Positions 24,337 through 37,661 of a stretch of DNA of 64,000 nucleotides are shown piece by piece. Both the position numbers and the translations under genes were made by a program. A model generated the notes under the pieces. It was not told the origin of the DNA and made no database searches. It saw only the letters and a program-made list of their open reading frames with translations. The DNA is taken from positions 12,712,001 to 12,776,000 of the forward strand of contig NC_058369.1 of NCBI RefSeq assembly GCF_018350175.1, in the 5' to 3' direction. Source of the stretch: Felis catus (Eukaryota). Numbering within the stretch: the first letter of the stretch is position 1; each line of letters begins with the position of its first letter.

Positions 24337-25513
24337 AGAAGGAAAATTAAGCGGATCTTTCAGACAGCCGTGAACCAGAACCCGGTGATTCAGCACAGGG
24401 AGGAGGAAAAAAACACAAAGAAAGACAAAAGATGAACATCGGCCTGGGTCCCTTATGGGGGTGGGGGGACAGCTGGATGCTGGGTTCGTTCACAAGCCAA
24501 ATGCAATCTGGGTCCGCAGAGAGGGCGCCTGGCCTGAGTTCTGGGTCCACAGCGTCTGGTCACAATCCCAGCAAATGCTCTTAATTGTTCGGGGTTGGCA
24601 GTTCACTGAGCAAATCCTTGGGACATCGGGGGTCTCTCTGATCGCCGAGGGGGGCTTCCGGAACTCTCTGGAACCCAATCAGTTCCAATTAGCCTAAAAG
24701 GCAGGAATGCGGGCTGGAGACAGAGCAGGGGGGGTAGAAGGGCTTCTCCACAGGAGATGAGGCACAGGAAGGAAGGGAGGGAACCGAGGGCCCGCGGTCG
24801 GTGGGGGCCTGCCAGGTGACTTAGCCACACCACCCTTCATAGTTAATTTGCTCGTTCAAAAGCTATGGTTCAGTAAGCCAGAGAAGGACAAATACTGCAC
24901 GGTTCCACTTATGCAAGGTCCCTAGAATAGGCAAACCCATAGAGTCCAAAGTAGGACAGAGGCTACCAGGGGCTGGGGGCAGGGGCTGGTGGGGAGTGAC
25001 GGTTTGATGAGCGGGGGTTGATGAAAAATTGGGGGGTACAGAGGCCACCCGTTTGTACACTTTCAGACCCTAGAAATGATAAATACTACGTGGAGAGTCT
25101 ATCACACTGCCTTCATCGAAGGAAAAGAAAACAAAAATCCAGCCGGATGCCTGCATATAGAAGCTGGCTTCCTTGGAAGTAGCTGTCGCCATCCCCGTTT
25201 GTAGGGGACATATGTGTGCAGTCCAAGGGGATGGAGGCATTTAGCCCACTGTCACCCAAGCATGGTGGGCAAGCATCCAAGCACAGCCTCGCACTCCCCG
25301 GGCCACGACCCCCTGGGCATAGTCCCAGGCCCCTGGCCAAGGCAAGTGCTCAGGTGACGGCCTGCATCCAGCTCTAACTGGTCACATCAGGGCATTCTCG
25401 AAGGTTCAGGCTGTTTCTTCCCTGCATCTCCCGGTTCATCTCAGAGCCTGGTGGCCACAGTTCTTGTCCTAGATTCGAGGCAGCCTGGGGAGGAGTTTGA
25501 AAACCATTTCCTG

Positions 25514-25637
25514 GGGGAGCCTGGGTGGCTCAGTCGGTTGAGTCCGACTGACGACTTTGGCACAGGTCACGATCTCATGGTTCATGAGATCAGGCCCCAC
25601 ATCGAGCTCTGTACTGACAGCGCGAAGGCTGCCTGGG

Positions 25638-25686
<49 letters not shown>

Positions 25687-26370
25687 ATAAATAAATAAAC
25701 TCCAAAAAAATAAAATAAAGTCTTTAAGAAGAAAGAAAGAAAACCGCTTCCTGTCCAAACTCACTAGACAATCTCAGGCCAGAGGATCCCCCCAGTAAAG
25801 GGGTCAGCCCAGGGGGCAGCAGAGTCCCTAGGAGCTGACCAACCGGCATGGCCAAAGTCACGGCACCCTCTTTTCCACACAGAAGTCCCTTCGTTTCTCT
25901 GACTGGATCCTGTATTAGCTTCCTGGGGCTGTTGCAGCAAAGAACCACAGATGGGCCCCTTAAAACAACAGAAATTTACCTTCTCGCAGTTCTGGACGCC
26001 AAAAAGTCTGAAAGCAAAGTGCCAGCAGGGTTATGTTCCCCCTGAAGGCTCTAGGGGAGGGAGGGTCCTCCCTGGCCTCTTCCAGCTCAGGGGGGCTCCT
26101 GGTGTCCTCGGCTTGGGGCCATGTCACCCCAGTCTCTGCCTCGGCCTCCACACGGCCTTCTCCTCCTCTCCGTCTCAGTCTCTCTCTGCCTCTCCTTTAA
26201 GGACCCTCGGCATCAGATTTAGGGCCCACATGGATGACCCAGGATGATCTCATCTCAAGAGACTCACCTAATTATATCCGCAAAGACCCTTTTCCAAACC
26301 AGGAGGCAGTCCCAGGTTCTGGGTGTCGGGGTATGGATGTAACTTCTGGGGGGCTGCCATTCACCCCACT
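25514..26370. mobile_element. Can-SINE (25514-25720) and MLT1-like LTR (25910-26370)
   Basis: SINE with (CT)n; tgtattagcttcctggggctgttgc...ccttttccaaa MLT text. Confidence 0.7.
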
Positions 26371-27744
26371 GGGGCCCCCAAGCACATCCTTCTTGAAGAC
26401 CAGGTGTCTGCCTGAGGCTTATAAGTTCTTTGGCAAAAAAAAAAAAAAAAAAATTTAAATCTCCCTTCTTGGAAGTGCTCCAAACAGACCTAATCTTCTC
26501 ATGATGTGGCGTTCTCTATAAAGATTGACAACCCCAGCATTGAAACCTCCACCAGTGCTAGAATGTTCCACATTACAGAGCTGGACAGGCTGGACAAGGA
26601 CAGGCGACCATCCAGAGTGCTCAGCTGAGGGGTTCCAGGAGAGGCACAATGCCCCGGTGCACCACCGAAACGTGAAACAAAGCGCACTAGGCCTTTAAGA
26701 GTGATGGCATTGGAGGGGGAGAACCCCGCAGGTCCCTATCTTGCGGGTTGTGAGTTCAAGTGAGTTCAAGCCCCACGGTCGTAGGGCTCTGTGCTGACAG
26801 CTCAAAGCCTGGAGTCTGCTTCAGATTCTGTGTGTGTGTGTGTGTCTCTGTCTCTACCCCCTCCCCTGCTCACGCTCGGTGTCTCTCTCTCCCTCTCTCT
26901 CTTTCAAAAATAAACATAAAAAAAAAAAAAAGAGTGAAGGCATTCAAGGGTACTTGACGCAAAAAGATGTCCATGATATTACAGACGAAAGAGAGGCAGG
27001 TTACGAACGTACGTTTCCACTCTGTATTGTCTGAAATTCGATTGGAATTCTGTGCTCCAAAATGTGAATCGTGCTGGTCTTACTGGTGACAATTCTGGAT
27101 GGTTGATAACTCTCCCCTTGATTATCTCAATTTTCTACAATAAGCCTGTCAGCAGAAGTCCACTAAGATAGAAGAAATAGTAAAATACGAATATCATCTG
27201 TGAACGTTGATTTTTTTTTTTTTTTTTAGAGCGTGCAAAGACACAAGCAATTTCATCTGAATTGACAGAACTGGCCAGAGGGCTGATAAACGCAGATACT
27301 GGCGAGCCGGGGCCTTGCTGCCCCCTAGAGTCCGCCAGGAGAGTCTCCAGCAGAAGACGGGACGAAAGTTCCTTGAAGCCAGACGGCAAGGCTGGAAGAG
27401 CCCTCTGTCCACTGCCCCGATTTCATCTCCTCCGTGAACACTCAGCCGGACAGTGGCCCCTGGAGGGTGCCGTGCTCCCTTCCCCCTGGACCCCTGTTCA
27501 CCTGTCAGCTGAGAAGGACTTTGCAGAGCACCGAGGCTCTATCTCACCTCCCAGCCCGGGCGCCCGGGACGATTTGAGGCCCAAGTGACCTCAAGGCTGC
27601 CTCTCTGTGACTTCTTCCTTTGGGTCTCCTCTCCTCCACCTGCTTCAGCCCCCCTCTTGCTGACCAGGGGGCCCAATTACAGCCTTCATCTTGCCGCCTG
27701 ATACTCACCAATCACTGGGCTTCACTCGTGAAATTACCCTAAAC

Positions 27745-27980
27745 AGGCAGTTCCCAAGCTGGGTACTACGGACATCTGGGGCCGGGATCATTCTTTGCTG
27801 GTGGGGGGCGGGGGCTGCCCTGTGCATCGTAGGATGTTAGGCGGCATCCCTGGGCCGACCCACTAGGGGCCAGTAGCCTCCCCCACCCAAGAGTTGTGGC
27901 AGCCCAAAATATCCCGCACATCCCCCAAAGCCCCCTGGGGGTCGGGGAGGAGAACTGTCCCGGGTGAGAATCACAGCCTG
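27745..27980 (+). mobile_element. MER20-like element
   Basis: gggctgccctgtgcatcgtaggatgttaggcggcatccctgg. Confidence 0.65.
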
Positions 27981-28119
27981 AAATGGACAGGGGCTGTGTA
28001 CAAAGCGGGGCACACTACCCCCCAGAAACACCACCAGCATCCTGCATGGGAGGCAGCCTTTGGGACACATAGGTTATAGGAAACAAGATTTCCTTAAATT
28101 TAAAAACTTTGTGCTTCAT

Positions 28120-30715
28120 TTATTTTTTATTTTTTTTTCTTTTTATTTTTTTAATTTTTTTTCAACGTTTTTTATTTATTTTTGGGACAGAGAGAGACAG
28201 AGCATGAACGGGGGAGGGGCAGAGAGAGAGGGAGACACAGAATCAGAAACAGGCTCCAGGCTCCGAGCCATCAGCCCAGAGCCCGACGCGGGGCTCGAAC
28301 TCACGGACCGCGAGATCGTGACCTGGCTGAAGTCGGACGCTTAACCGACTGCGCCACCCAGGCGCCCCTATTTTTTATTTTTTTAAATGTGTACTTATTT
28401 TTGAGAGAGAGACAGAGTGCAAGTGGGGGGAGGGGCAGAGAGAGAACGGGAGACACAGAATCTGAAGCAGCTCCAGGCTCCAAGCTGTCAGCACAGAACC
28501 CGACGCGGGGCTCGAACTCACGAACCGCGAGATCATGACCTGAGCTAAAACCAGGAGCCGGACACTTAACCGAGTGAGTGTTAAGTTAACGCTTAACTGA
28601 GACACCCGGGCGCCCCCAAAACTTTGTGCTTCAAAAGGACACCAGCAAGAAGGTCAAAAGACAACCCACAACAGGCAGAAAATATTTGCAAATCATATGT
28701 CTGATAAAGGATTTCTATCTAGAATATATAAAGAACCCTCACAACTCAATAAAAAAACAACACAGTTTAAAAGTGGACAGAGATCCACGCAAAGATGCTC
28801 AATGTCACTCATCACCAGGGAAATGCCAATCAAAACCACAAGATACCACCTCACGCCTCGTCAGAACGGCTATTCTCGAAAAGATAAGAAATAACAAGTG
28901 TTGGCGAGGGTGCGGAGAAAAGGGAGTCTCTGTGCACTAGTGTTAAAATCAAGGACAGAGACCGGCCTTGAAAAGTTCCCTGAGACAGAACCAGTTGAGG
29001 CCTGCAAGCAAAGCTTAAAATTCAGCTTAGTTTGCAAGGCTAACTTGACCTGGATCACTTTGCTTGTGCCTCTGGAAATGGTAAGTTAAACTTGAACTGT
29101 TTCCCAAGGTTGATATGACCGTAGCCCCGCTGAAGATTGTAACATTGTAACCAATCACCTTGAGGCATAAACAGTCATTGCTTTCTTCCTGTAAAAGCTG
29201 CTTTAAGGGGCGCCTGGGTGGCGCAGTCGGTTAAGCGTCCGACTTCAGCCAGGTCACGATCTCGCGGTCCGGGAGTTCGAGCCCCGCATCGGGCTCTGGG
29301 CTGATGGCTCGGAGCCTGGAGCCTGTTTCCGATTCTGTGTCTCCCTCTCTCTCTGCCCCTCCCCCGTTCATGCTCTGTCTCTCTCTCTGTCCCAAAAATA
29401 AATAAAACGTTGAAAAAAAAAAAAGCTGCTTTACAGCAATGTACCCCTGAGCCTCACCCCGTGTTTTAGTTTGAGTGCTCCCGGCTTGCAAACCATGTTT
29501 TTGGTGTGTGTACAATTTCTACTCAACAGTACCTGAGTGATTCACTGCTTTCCCTTTGGCTATTTTGAACCTTTGAGAGAGACAGTGTAAACGGAGGCAG
29601 CCACACTGTGGCAAACAGTAAGGAGGTTCCTCACAAGAGTCAAAATCGGACACCTGTATGATCCAGCCACCCTGCTTCCGGTATTTATCCAAAGGAAACA
29701 AAATCACCGACTCAAAAAGACATCTGCACCTTCAAGTTCATTGCAGCATTATTTATAATAGCCACAACATGGAAACAACCTAAGTGCTCACTGATAGATG
29801 AATAGATGATAGATGGATAAAGAAAATGCAGTGTATATACACACACATATGATTGTGACATATATACACACACATATAATGCATATATATTGGAATATTA
29901 TTCAGCGATAAAAAAAGAAGGAAGCCCTGCCATTTGTGACCACATGGATGGATCTTGAGGGCATTATGCTAAGTGAAATAGGTCAGAGAAAGACAAATAC
30001 TGTATGATCTCACTTATATATGGAATCTTCAAAAAATATGGACAAAGATCTGAAGAGATATTTGCCTCTCTCTCAAAATAAATAAATAAACTTAAAAGAA
30101 AAAAACGGGGGGAGATACTTTCGGGCGCCTGGGTGGCTCAGTCGGTTAAGCTTCCAACTTTGGCTCAGGACATGATCTCACGGTCCGTGAGCTCGAGCCC
30201 CGCATCAGGCTCTGGGCTGATGGCTCAGAGCCTGGAGCCTGTTTCTGATTCTGTGTCTGTCTCTCTCTCTGCCCCTCCCCCGTTCATGCTCTGTCTCTCT
30301 CTGTCCCAAAAATAAATAAACGTTGAAAAAAAAAAAAAAGAAAAAAAAAGAGAGAGATTTGCTATGGAGTGCATATTTGTGTCCCCCCCCCAAAAAATTC
30401 AGGGGTTGAAATTTAAATCTCCCCATGTGATGGTATTAAGAGGCAGGGCCTCTGGGAAGTGATTGGGTCACGAGGGTGGAGCCTCATGAGTGTGATCAGT
30501 GCCTTTTTGTAAGAAAAGACGTCAGAGAGACGACCTCTCTCCTCTTCTGCCAGGCTTCTAGAAGATGACTGTCTATAAATCAGGAAGAGGGCCCTCAGCA
30601 AGAATCCAAACACGATCTCAGACTCCCCAGCTTTCCAGAAGCCTGAGAAATAAATGTTTGTGGTTTAAGCCCCCCAGTGTCTGGCCTGTTTGTTAGAGCA
30701 ACCCAAACTAAGACA
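28120..30715. mobile_element. Nested cluster: L1 (28620-30060, plus) carrying an LTR-like insert (~28941-29585) that carries a young SINE (29207-29425); flanking SINEs (28120-28617, 30123-30350) and MLT1 (30360-30715)
   Basis: L1 text resumes after insert; SINE TSD aaaagctgcttta. Confidence 0.75.
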
Positions 30716-31589
30716 GCAGTTCTCCAAAGAAGATACACAAGTGACCGACACATACTTGAAAAGACGCCCCACAGTCACCAGTCGTTAAGGAAATGCACAT
30801 CAAACCCACAAGGATACCACCAGACACCCACTAGAACGGCGGTAATTAACAAGCCTGCTGGCTTTCCTTCCGTTGCACGCATTTCTCGTGGAAATGCGAT
30901 ACATGCGGATGGGAAAATGTTTGACGGAAATGTGAAGGGAGTGGAAAAGGCAACAAAAAGGATAACAAGCAGGCGTCCCTCCTCCCCCAGAGTCCCCAAC
31001 CCCCAACCCTGGAGGCCGCGTCTCTCCACACATTTTTGTTTCTCTTTCCAGGTTTTTTTTTAGAAGCCTCCACACAAACTGTTCCGTATCCTACACACTA
31101 TTTTGACCCCTTCTGTTTTCCTGTAAGAAATCATGGCGATCTTCCCCCGTGATTCATGTTCACAATGCACGGTGGTGCCTTAAATACTTTTAAGTTTAGT
31201 TCCCGGCACAACAGAGGGTATTTTACGCACCATCTGTTCCTTTCGCAGTGCTCTGGAGCCCTTGCTTGACTGAAGCATGCAGTATGTACTTTTACACGGT
31301 GGGAGGCACAATTTCACAATCATCATTGGAGGCTAAAAGATGGAGGGAAGTACAGGGAAGATGAATAATCCAAAACCTGCCAGAGAAAAGAAAAAGAGCA
31401 GAGGGAAGAACGTGCATATGGCAGAAGATCACACTCTTACATCCTGAAGACAGAGCAGCAGCAGCAGCCATCAGGGCTGAGTCTGGACCGTGTGGACAGC
31501 CGCAGGAGGAGCAGAGTTTATGTGTGTGTGTGTCTGTGTGTGCAAGCACAGGTGTGCGCTTATGTGTGCGTGCTGCCCACTGTGAATTG

Positions 31590-34500
31590 TATCGTTGGGT
31601 GGTGTTATTGTTTCCGAAGGCTGTCGTAACACATTCACACAAACGAGAGACTTAAAACAACTGAAATTTACTCTTCTGGAGGCCAAAAAAACAAACAAAC
31701 AAACAAACAAATAAAAAAACGAACTAAAACCAGAGTGAGGGTGGGGTTGATTCTTTCCGGAGGCTCCGAGGGAGAATCCGTCCCATGCTCCCGGTTTCTG
31801 GCGGCTGCCGTGAGCCCTTGGCTACGTTATTCCCGCCTCTGCCTCGTTCATCTCACGGCCTTCTCTTCTGTGCCTTGTGTCTGTTTCCCCTTATGCTTTT
31901 CGTATACAGTCACCTGTTACTGGATTTAGGACCCACTGCCAATCCAAGATGATCTCACCTTGAGATCCTTATGTGAATCACATCTGCAAAGAGCCTTCTT
32001 TCCAAATTAGGGTCTCACTGTGAGTCCAGATGAATGTATCTTGGCGGGAGGGGGGGGCACAATGTGACCCCCTACAAGTGGTTTCTACTATATTTACAGA
32101 CTTGTGCAACCATCACCTCTATCTAGTCCCAGAATCTTTCATCACCCCGAAGGAAATCCCATCCCCGTGAGCAGTCACTCCTCCCCACCCCCCTCCCCCA
32201 GCCCCTGACCACTAACCTGCTTTCTGTCTCCATGAATTTACCTATTCCGGACATTTCATAGAAATGTTCAAATGGAATACACGTTCTGTGACCTTCTATG
32301 TCTGGCTTCTTTCGGGTTCATCCACATAGCAGCGTATATCCCTGCTTTATTCCTTTTTAGGACCAATATTCCGTTGTTTGGACACACCCCATTCTGGTCA
32401 TTCACTCACCCATTGATGGGCATTTGGGTTGTTTCCACCTTTTGGCTATGGTGGATAGTCCTCTATGAACGATGTGCTCAAGGATCTCTGAGTTCTCTGT
32501 GTTCGGTTCTTTGAGGTCCATACCTAGGGCTGGAAGGACTGAGTCGCATGGTAATTCTATGTCCAAGTTTTTGAGGAGCCGCCATACTGCTTTCCACAGA
32601 GGCAGCACCACTGTCCTCATATCTGACACCTAAACCACTGTCAGGTTTGGTAATTCACCAGAGGGGCTCACAGAACTCACTGGAAGCTGGAAAGAGATGC
32701 ACGGGGCAGGGCGCAGAGGGGGTCCAAATGCAGAGCCCCCAGTTACCCTCTCCCCGGGGTGTCGCAGATGGCAGTTCTTCCCCCCCAACCACACGGCACG
32801 ACAATGCGCACCAATCTTGCCGACCAAGGGATCTTGCCTGAGCCTTGGTGCCCAGTTTTGTTGGGGCTTGGTCATCTATGGCCCACATGGCTGACATTGT
32901 CTCCAATCTCCTCCAGAGGCAGTACTGAAATGCTGTGGGCCATAACCCGCAGACAAACACACATTCTTGTCAGGCAGAACATTCCAGAGGACTGGAGGTC
33001 ACCTCCCAAGAGCCAAGAGCAAAGGCCCGACCTCTCTTAGGCCAGGTTAATTCTTCACCACACACACATCTTGGCAGTTTCTTCTGCCGCTATTTTCTCT
33101 ACCTTCCTCCTGGAGTGTGAAGAATGACCCTCCCCGTATCGTTTACATTTTTTTATTGTGGTGAGAAATGCATGAAATTTACCATCTTAACCACTTCCAA
33201 GCAGACAGTTCAGTGGTGTTGAGTATATTCACGTTGTTATGCAACCAGTCATTTTGCAAAACTGAAACTGTGTCCCCACGAAGCACTGACTCCCCAACCC
33301 TCCCCCACCCCCGTCCCTGGCACCCCCCCCCCCAATCTACCTTCAATCTCTTTGAACGTGACTACTCTAGGGGCCTCGTATTAAGTGGAATCACACAGTA
33401 TTTATCCTTTTGTGGCTGGTTCATTGCACTTAGCATAATGTCCTCAAGGTCCATCCACACTGTGGCATGAGCCAGAAGTTCCTTCCTCTTTTAAGGTTGA
33501 ATAATATTCCTCTGTGTAGATAGGTCACATTTTGTTAATCCATCCGTCTGCCTACGGACACATGGGTTGCTTCCACATCTTGGCTGTTCTGAGTGTGGCT
33601 GTGAACACAGGTGTGCAAAAATCTCCTCAAGGTCCTGCTTTCATTTCCTTTGGATATATACCCAAAAGTAGAATTGCTGAATCTATGGCGGTTATATTCT
33701 TAATTTTCTGAGGAACCATCATACTACTTTCCACAGTGGCCACATCACTTTTACATTCCCACCCATAGCGCACAAGGGTTCCAACGTCTCCCATCTTCGC
33801 CAACACTTGCTATTTTGATTGTAGCCATCGGATGGGTGTGAGGTGGTATCTCATTATGGTTTTGATCCGCATTTCCCCTTATGACTATGATGTTGAGCAT
33901 CTTTATAGGTTTGTTGGCCATTTGTGTACCACATTTGGAGAATGGTCGGTTCGAGTCCTTTGTCTCTTCCTTCGATTATTTGGGAATTTTTTGGTTGTTG
34001 TTGAGTTACAGGAGTTCTTTATGTACTCTGGATATTAGTCCCTTCCCATATATATATTCAGTGAATATTGTTTACCATTTCACGGTTGCCTTTGCACTCT
34101 GTTCATCATGTCCTTTGATGCACAGAATTTTAAAATTTTGATGCAGTCCACTTTGTCTGTTTGTACTTTTGTTTCCTGTGCTTTTGGTGTCACAGCCGGG
34201 AAATCCTTGCCAAATCCAATGTCGTGAAGCTTTTCCCTGTTTAGTTTTTTTTTTCTTTTTTAAGTAATCTCTACACCAAACATGGGGCTCGAACTCCCAA
34301 CCCTGAGATCAAGAGTTGCACATTCTACTGACTGAGCCAGCCAGGCCCCCCCCCTCCTCTGTTTTCTTCTAAGTTTTATCATTTTAGGTCTAATGTTTAG
34401 GTCTTTGATCATTTTAAGTTACCATTTGTGTATGGTGCTAAGGGGTCAACTTCATTCTTTTTTTATTTTTTTAATGTTTATTTACTTCTGAGACAGGGAG

Positions 34501-35740
34501 AGACAGAGCATGAGTGGAGGAGGGGCAGAGAAAGAGGGGGGACACAGAAGCCAAAGCAGGCTCCAGGCTCTGAGCTGTCAGCACAGAGCCCGACGCGGGG
34601 CTCGAACCCACAGACCACGAGATCATGACCTGAGCTGAAGCTGGACGCTCAACCGACCGAGCCACCCAGGTGCCCCTCAATTTCATTCTTTTGCATGTGG
34701 ATATCCAGTTTTTCCAGCACCATTTGTTGCAAGACTCCTCTTGCCTCACCGAATGGTCTTGGCACCCTCATTGAAAAGAATTTGACTATATATGAGGTTT
34801 TACTTCTGGGCCCTCTATTCTATTCCATTGTTCTACATGTCTGTCTTTATGCCAGCACCATACTATTTTATTGTAGCTTTGGAGTAAGTTTTGAAATCAC
34901 AAATTGAGACCTCCCAACTTTGTTACCCTTGAGGTGCCATATGCATTTTTGGGAAGGATTTTATTCGTTCTCTTAAAAAATGCTGTTGGCCTTTTGACAG
35001 GGACTCATTACATCTATAGATCACTTAGGGTAATAGTGACATCTTAACAACACTACGACTTCCAGTCTATGAACATGGGATGTCTTTCCATTTATTTGTG
35101 TCTTCTTTCTTTCACTAAAGTTTTCTAGTTTTCAGTTTACACGTCTTTTGCTTTCTTGGTTAAGTTTATTCCTAAGCGTTTTATTCTTTGTGGTCCTCTT
35201 GCAAGTGGATTATTTTCTTAATTTCCCTTTTGGATTGTTCATTGTTAGTGTACAGAAACACAACTGAATTCTGAGTGTTGATTTTGTATCCTGCAACTTT
35301 GCTGAATTCATTTCTTAGTTCTCACAGTTGTGTGTGTGTGTGTGTGTGTGTGTGGAATTCTAGGATTCTTCGTATACTATCATGTCATTTGCAAACAGAT
35401 GTGATTTTAATTCCTCAATTCCTACCGGGATGGCTTTTATTCTTCTTACCTCATTGCCCTGGCTGAGACTTCCATAGTACTATGTTTAATAAAAACGGTG
35501 AAAGTGGAGATCCTCGCTTCTAATTTTAGAGGACAAGCTTTCAGTCTTTCACTGTTGAGTATGCTGAGTATGACGTGTGATGTGATCTGTGGATTCTTCA
35601 TATATGGCCTTTATTATGTTGAGGTAGCTTCCCTAAGTCGTTTTGTTGAGCGCTTTTATTGTGAAAGGGTGTTCCATCTTGCAAAGTGCCTTTTCTGCAT
35701 CAATTGATATAATCATGCTTTATTTCCCACCATCTTGTTT
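31590..35740 (-). mobile_element. MLT1 LTR, MER21/MER77-like LTR fragment (~32630-33070) and long minus-strand L1 (33150-35740) with SINEs (34245-34350, 34455-34677)
   Basis: Canonical antisense L1 ORF2/3'UTR text (ttgcatgtggatatccagtttt, atgaacatgggatgtctttcc). Confidence 0.8.
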
Positions 35741-35949
35741 GAATAAACCTCTTTTTTTCTTTATCCTCAGCCCTATCAGTGTTTGAAGAGGGAAAGCAGA
35801 AAGGATGCGTTAGATGGGTGCATTCACGAAACACTGTCTACCCTTTAAGCCTCCTCCAATATAAACATTTTCTGAGCACAACCTTCCCATTGTACACAGG
35901 GGCCGCACAGTGAGCCCCATACCCAAGGCTCAGGACGGGCTGTTCAAAG

Positions 35950-37025
35950 AGTGTCAGACAACACAAGTCTTACTCTGATACCAATTACAATGTGTGAGTT
36001 TCCCCTCCACGACACCAAGCAATTCTAGGACGCCCAGCTGGGTGTCCTACAATTTAACTCAACTCGGGCACGACCTACACGGAGACAGTGTCAGGCCCGC
36101 TGCCTCCGGGTTCAGTCCTAAAAGGCTGTCTTCCACTTCAGCTGCCCATCACCAGTCCAGGTTGTTCTCCGCGCTTCTGACTGACGGGCTATAAAATCAG
36201 AGGTTCCCACGACCTCTTCCCTCGAGTTCCATTAATGTGCTAGAGTGAGTCACAGAACTAAGAAAAACTGCTTACTCATTCAGTATATCACCAATTTACT
36301 ATAAAAGGATATGACTCAGGGACAGCCTGATAGAATAGATGCGTCCGGCAAGGTAGGGGGGAAAGGGCATGTAGCTTCCATGGCCTCCCTGCACGTGCAC
36401 CCTCCCAGCACCTCCTTAAGCTCACCAAGCAGACCAGACATTCTCTGAATCCTATCCTTTTGGGGTTTTATGGAGGCTTCATCCCACGAGCATGGCTGAT
36501 TCAAACACTGACCCTTGGCAACTGAACTCAATCACCAGCCCCTCACCTCTCCCAGAAGACGGGGATGTTGGGGGTCGGGTGGGGCTCAAAGTTCCAACCC
36601 TCTAACCACCACCGTTGGTTCTCCCCATCCTTACGTTACCTAGGGGCTTTCCAAAAGTCGCCCGGTTAACAGCAAAATACACCTTTTTCCTTCTCATCAC
36701 TTAGTGGTTTGCAAGGGTGGTAGGAGCTCTGCCCAAAATCCAGGTGAAGACCAAACATATTATTTCTTACTATCAGTCACAATATCGTGGGGCACCTGGG
36801 TGGCTCAGTCGGTTAGGTGTCCAACTCTCGATTTGGGCTCAGGTCATGATCTCACGGTTCGTGGGATCCAGCCCCGAGCTGGGCTCCGTGTGGACAGCAC
36901 AGAGGCTGCCTGGGATCCTCTCGCTCCTTCTCTTTCTGCCCCTCCCCTGCTCGGGCACTCACATGCACCTGCTCTCTCTCAAAGTAAGTAAACTTAAAAA
37001 GGTATCATAAAAAAAAAAAAAAAAG
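35950..37025 (-). mobile_element. MER21-like solo LTR (minus) with Can-SINE (36789-37025, plus) at its end
   Basis: Ends tcacaatatc (reverse of MER21 start gatattgtga); shares motifs with 12510-13450. Confidence 0.6.
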
Positions 37026-37451
37026 TATCATAACTTTCAGCAGCCCCCTATACACAAAAAACAGAGGCTTGAATAGCAAAAGAGGTTCATTTTTAAAATA
37101 TCGAAAAAACCCAGTGATCATACAGATAGCTATAACAAGTGCATAAAGTGGTCAAGTTCACTGAGTATCACATACCGATCACTGAAAAGCCCTCTCTGAA
37201 CAAGCGTCGTAGGAATGTGCTTTTCTCAGCTGTTTGCAGGGAGGTCTTCACTCGGGTTAGTGAACGTGGCCTGGGTGTGGGTTCAGGAGGCACGAAGCAC
37301 GTTGTCACCTGAGGGGAGCATGCTCTCGAGCTCTCCCAGAGATTTCCCAGTGGTGCTCTCTCCCTTGAAATACTAATGGACTTCCTTGTTCTCTTCCCAG
37401 ACTTCTGGTTAATGAAGCCTGCTTCTGTAACTAAAGGATATGAAATACTTC

Positions 37452-37661
37452 TTTTTAATGTTTATTTATTTTTGAGAGAGAGAGTGCATGTGCACGCAAG
37501 GGGGAGGCACTGGGGGCGGGGGGTGGGGGGTGCGGACACAGGATCCGAATTGGGGATCTTGATCGGGGAAGAACCCGATGCGGGGCTCGCGCTCACGAAC
37601 CGTAAGATCACGACCTGAGCTGAAGCCCAGATGCTGACCCGACTGAGCCACCCAGGCGCCC
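37452..37661 (-). mobile_element. Can-SINE
   Basis: Reverse head; TSD-like aggat(a/g)tgaaata. Confidence 0.85.

Noticed and set aside
26455..26649. Unique AT-richer segment with a 64-aa minus ORF
   Set aside because: No convincing splice pair or recognisable homology; may be non-coding conserved sequence
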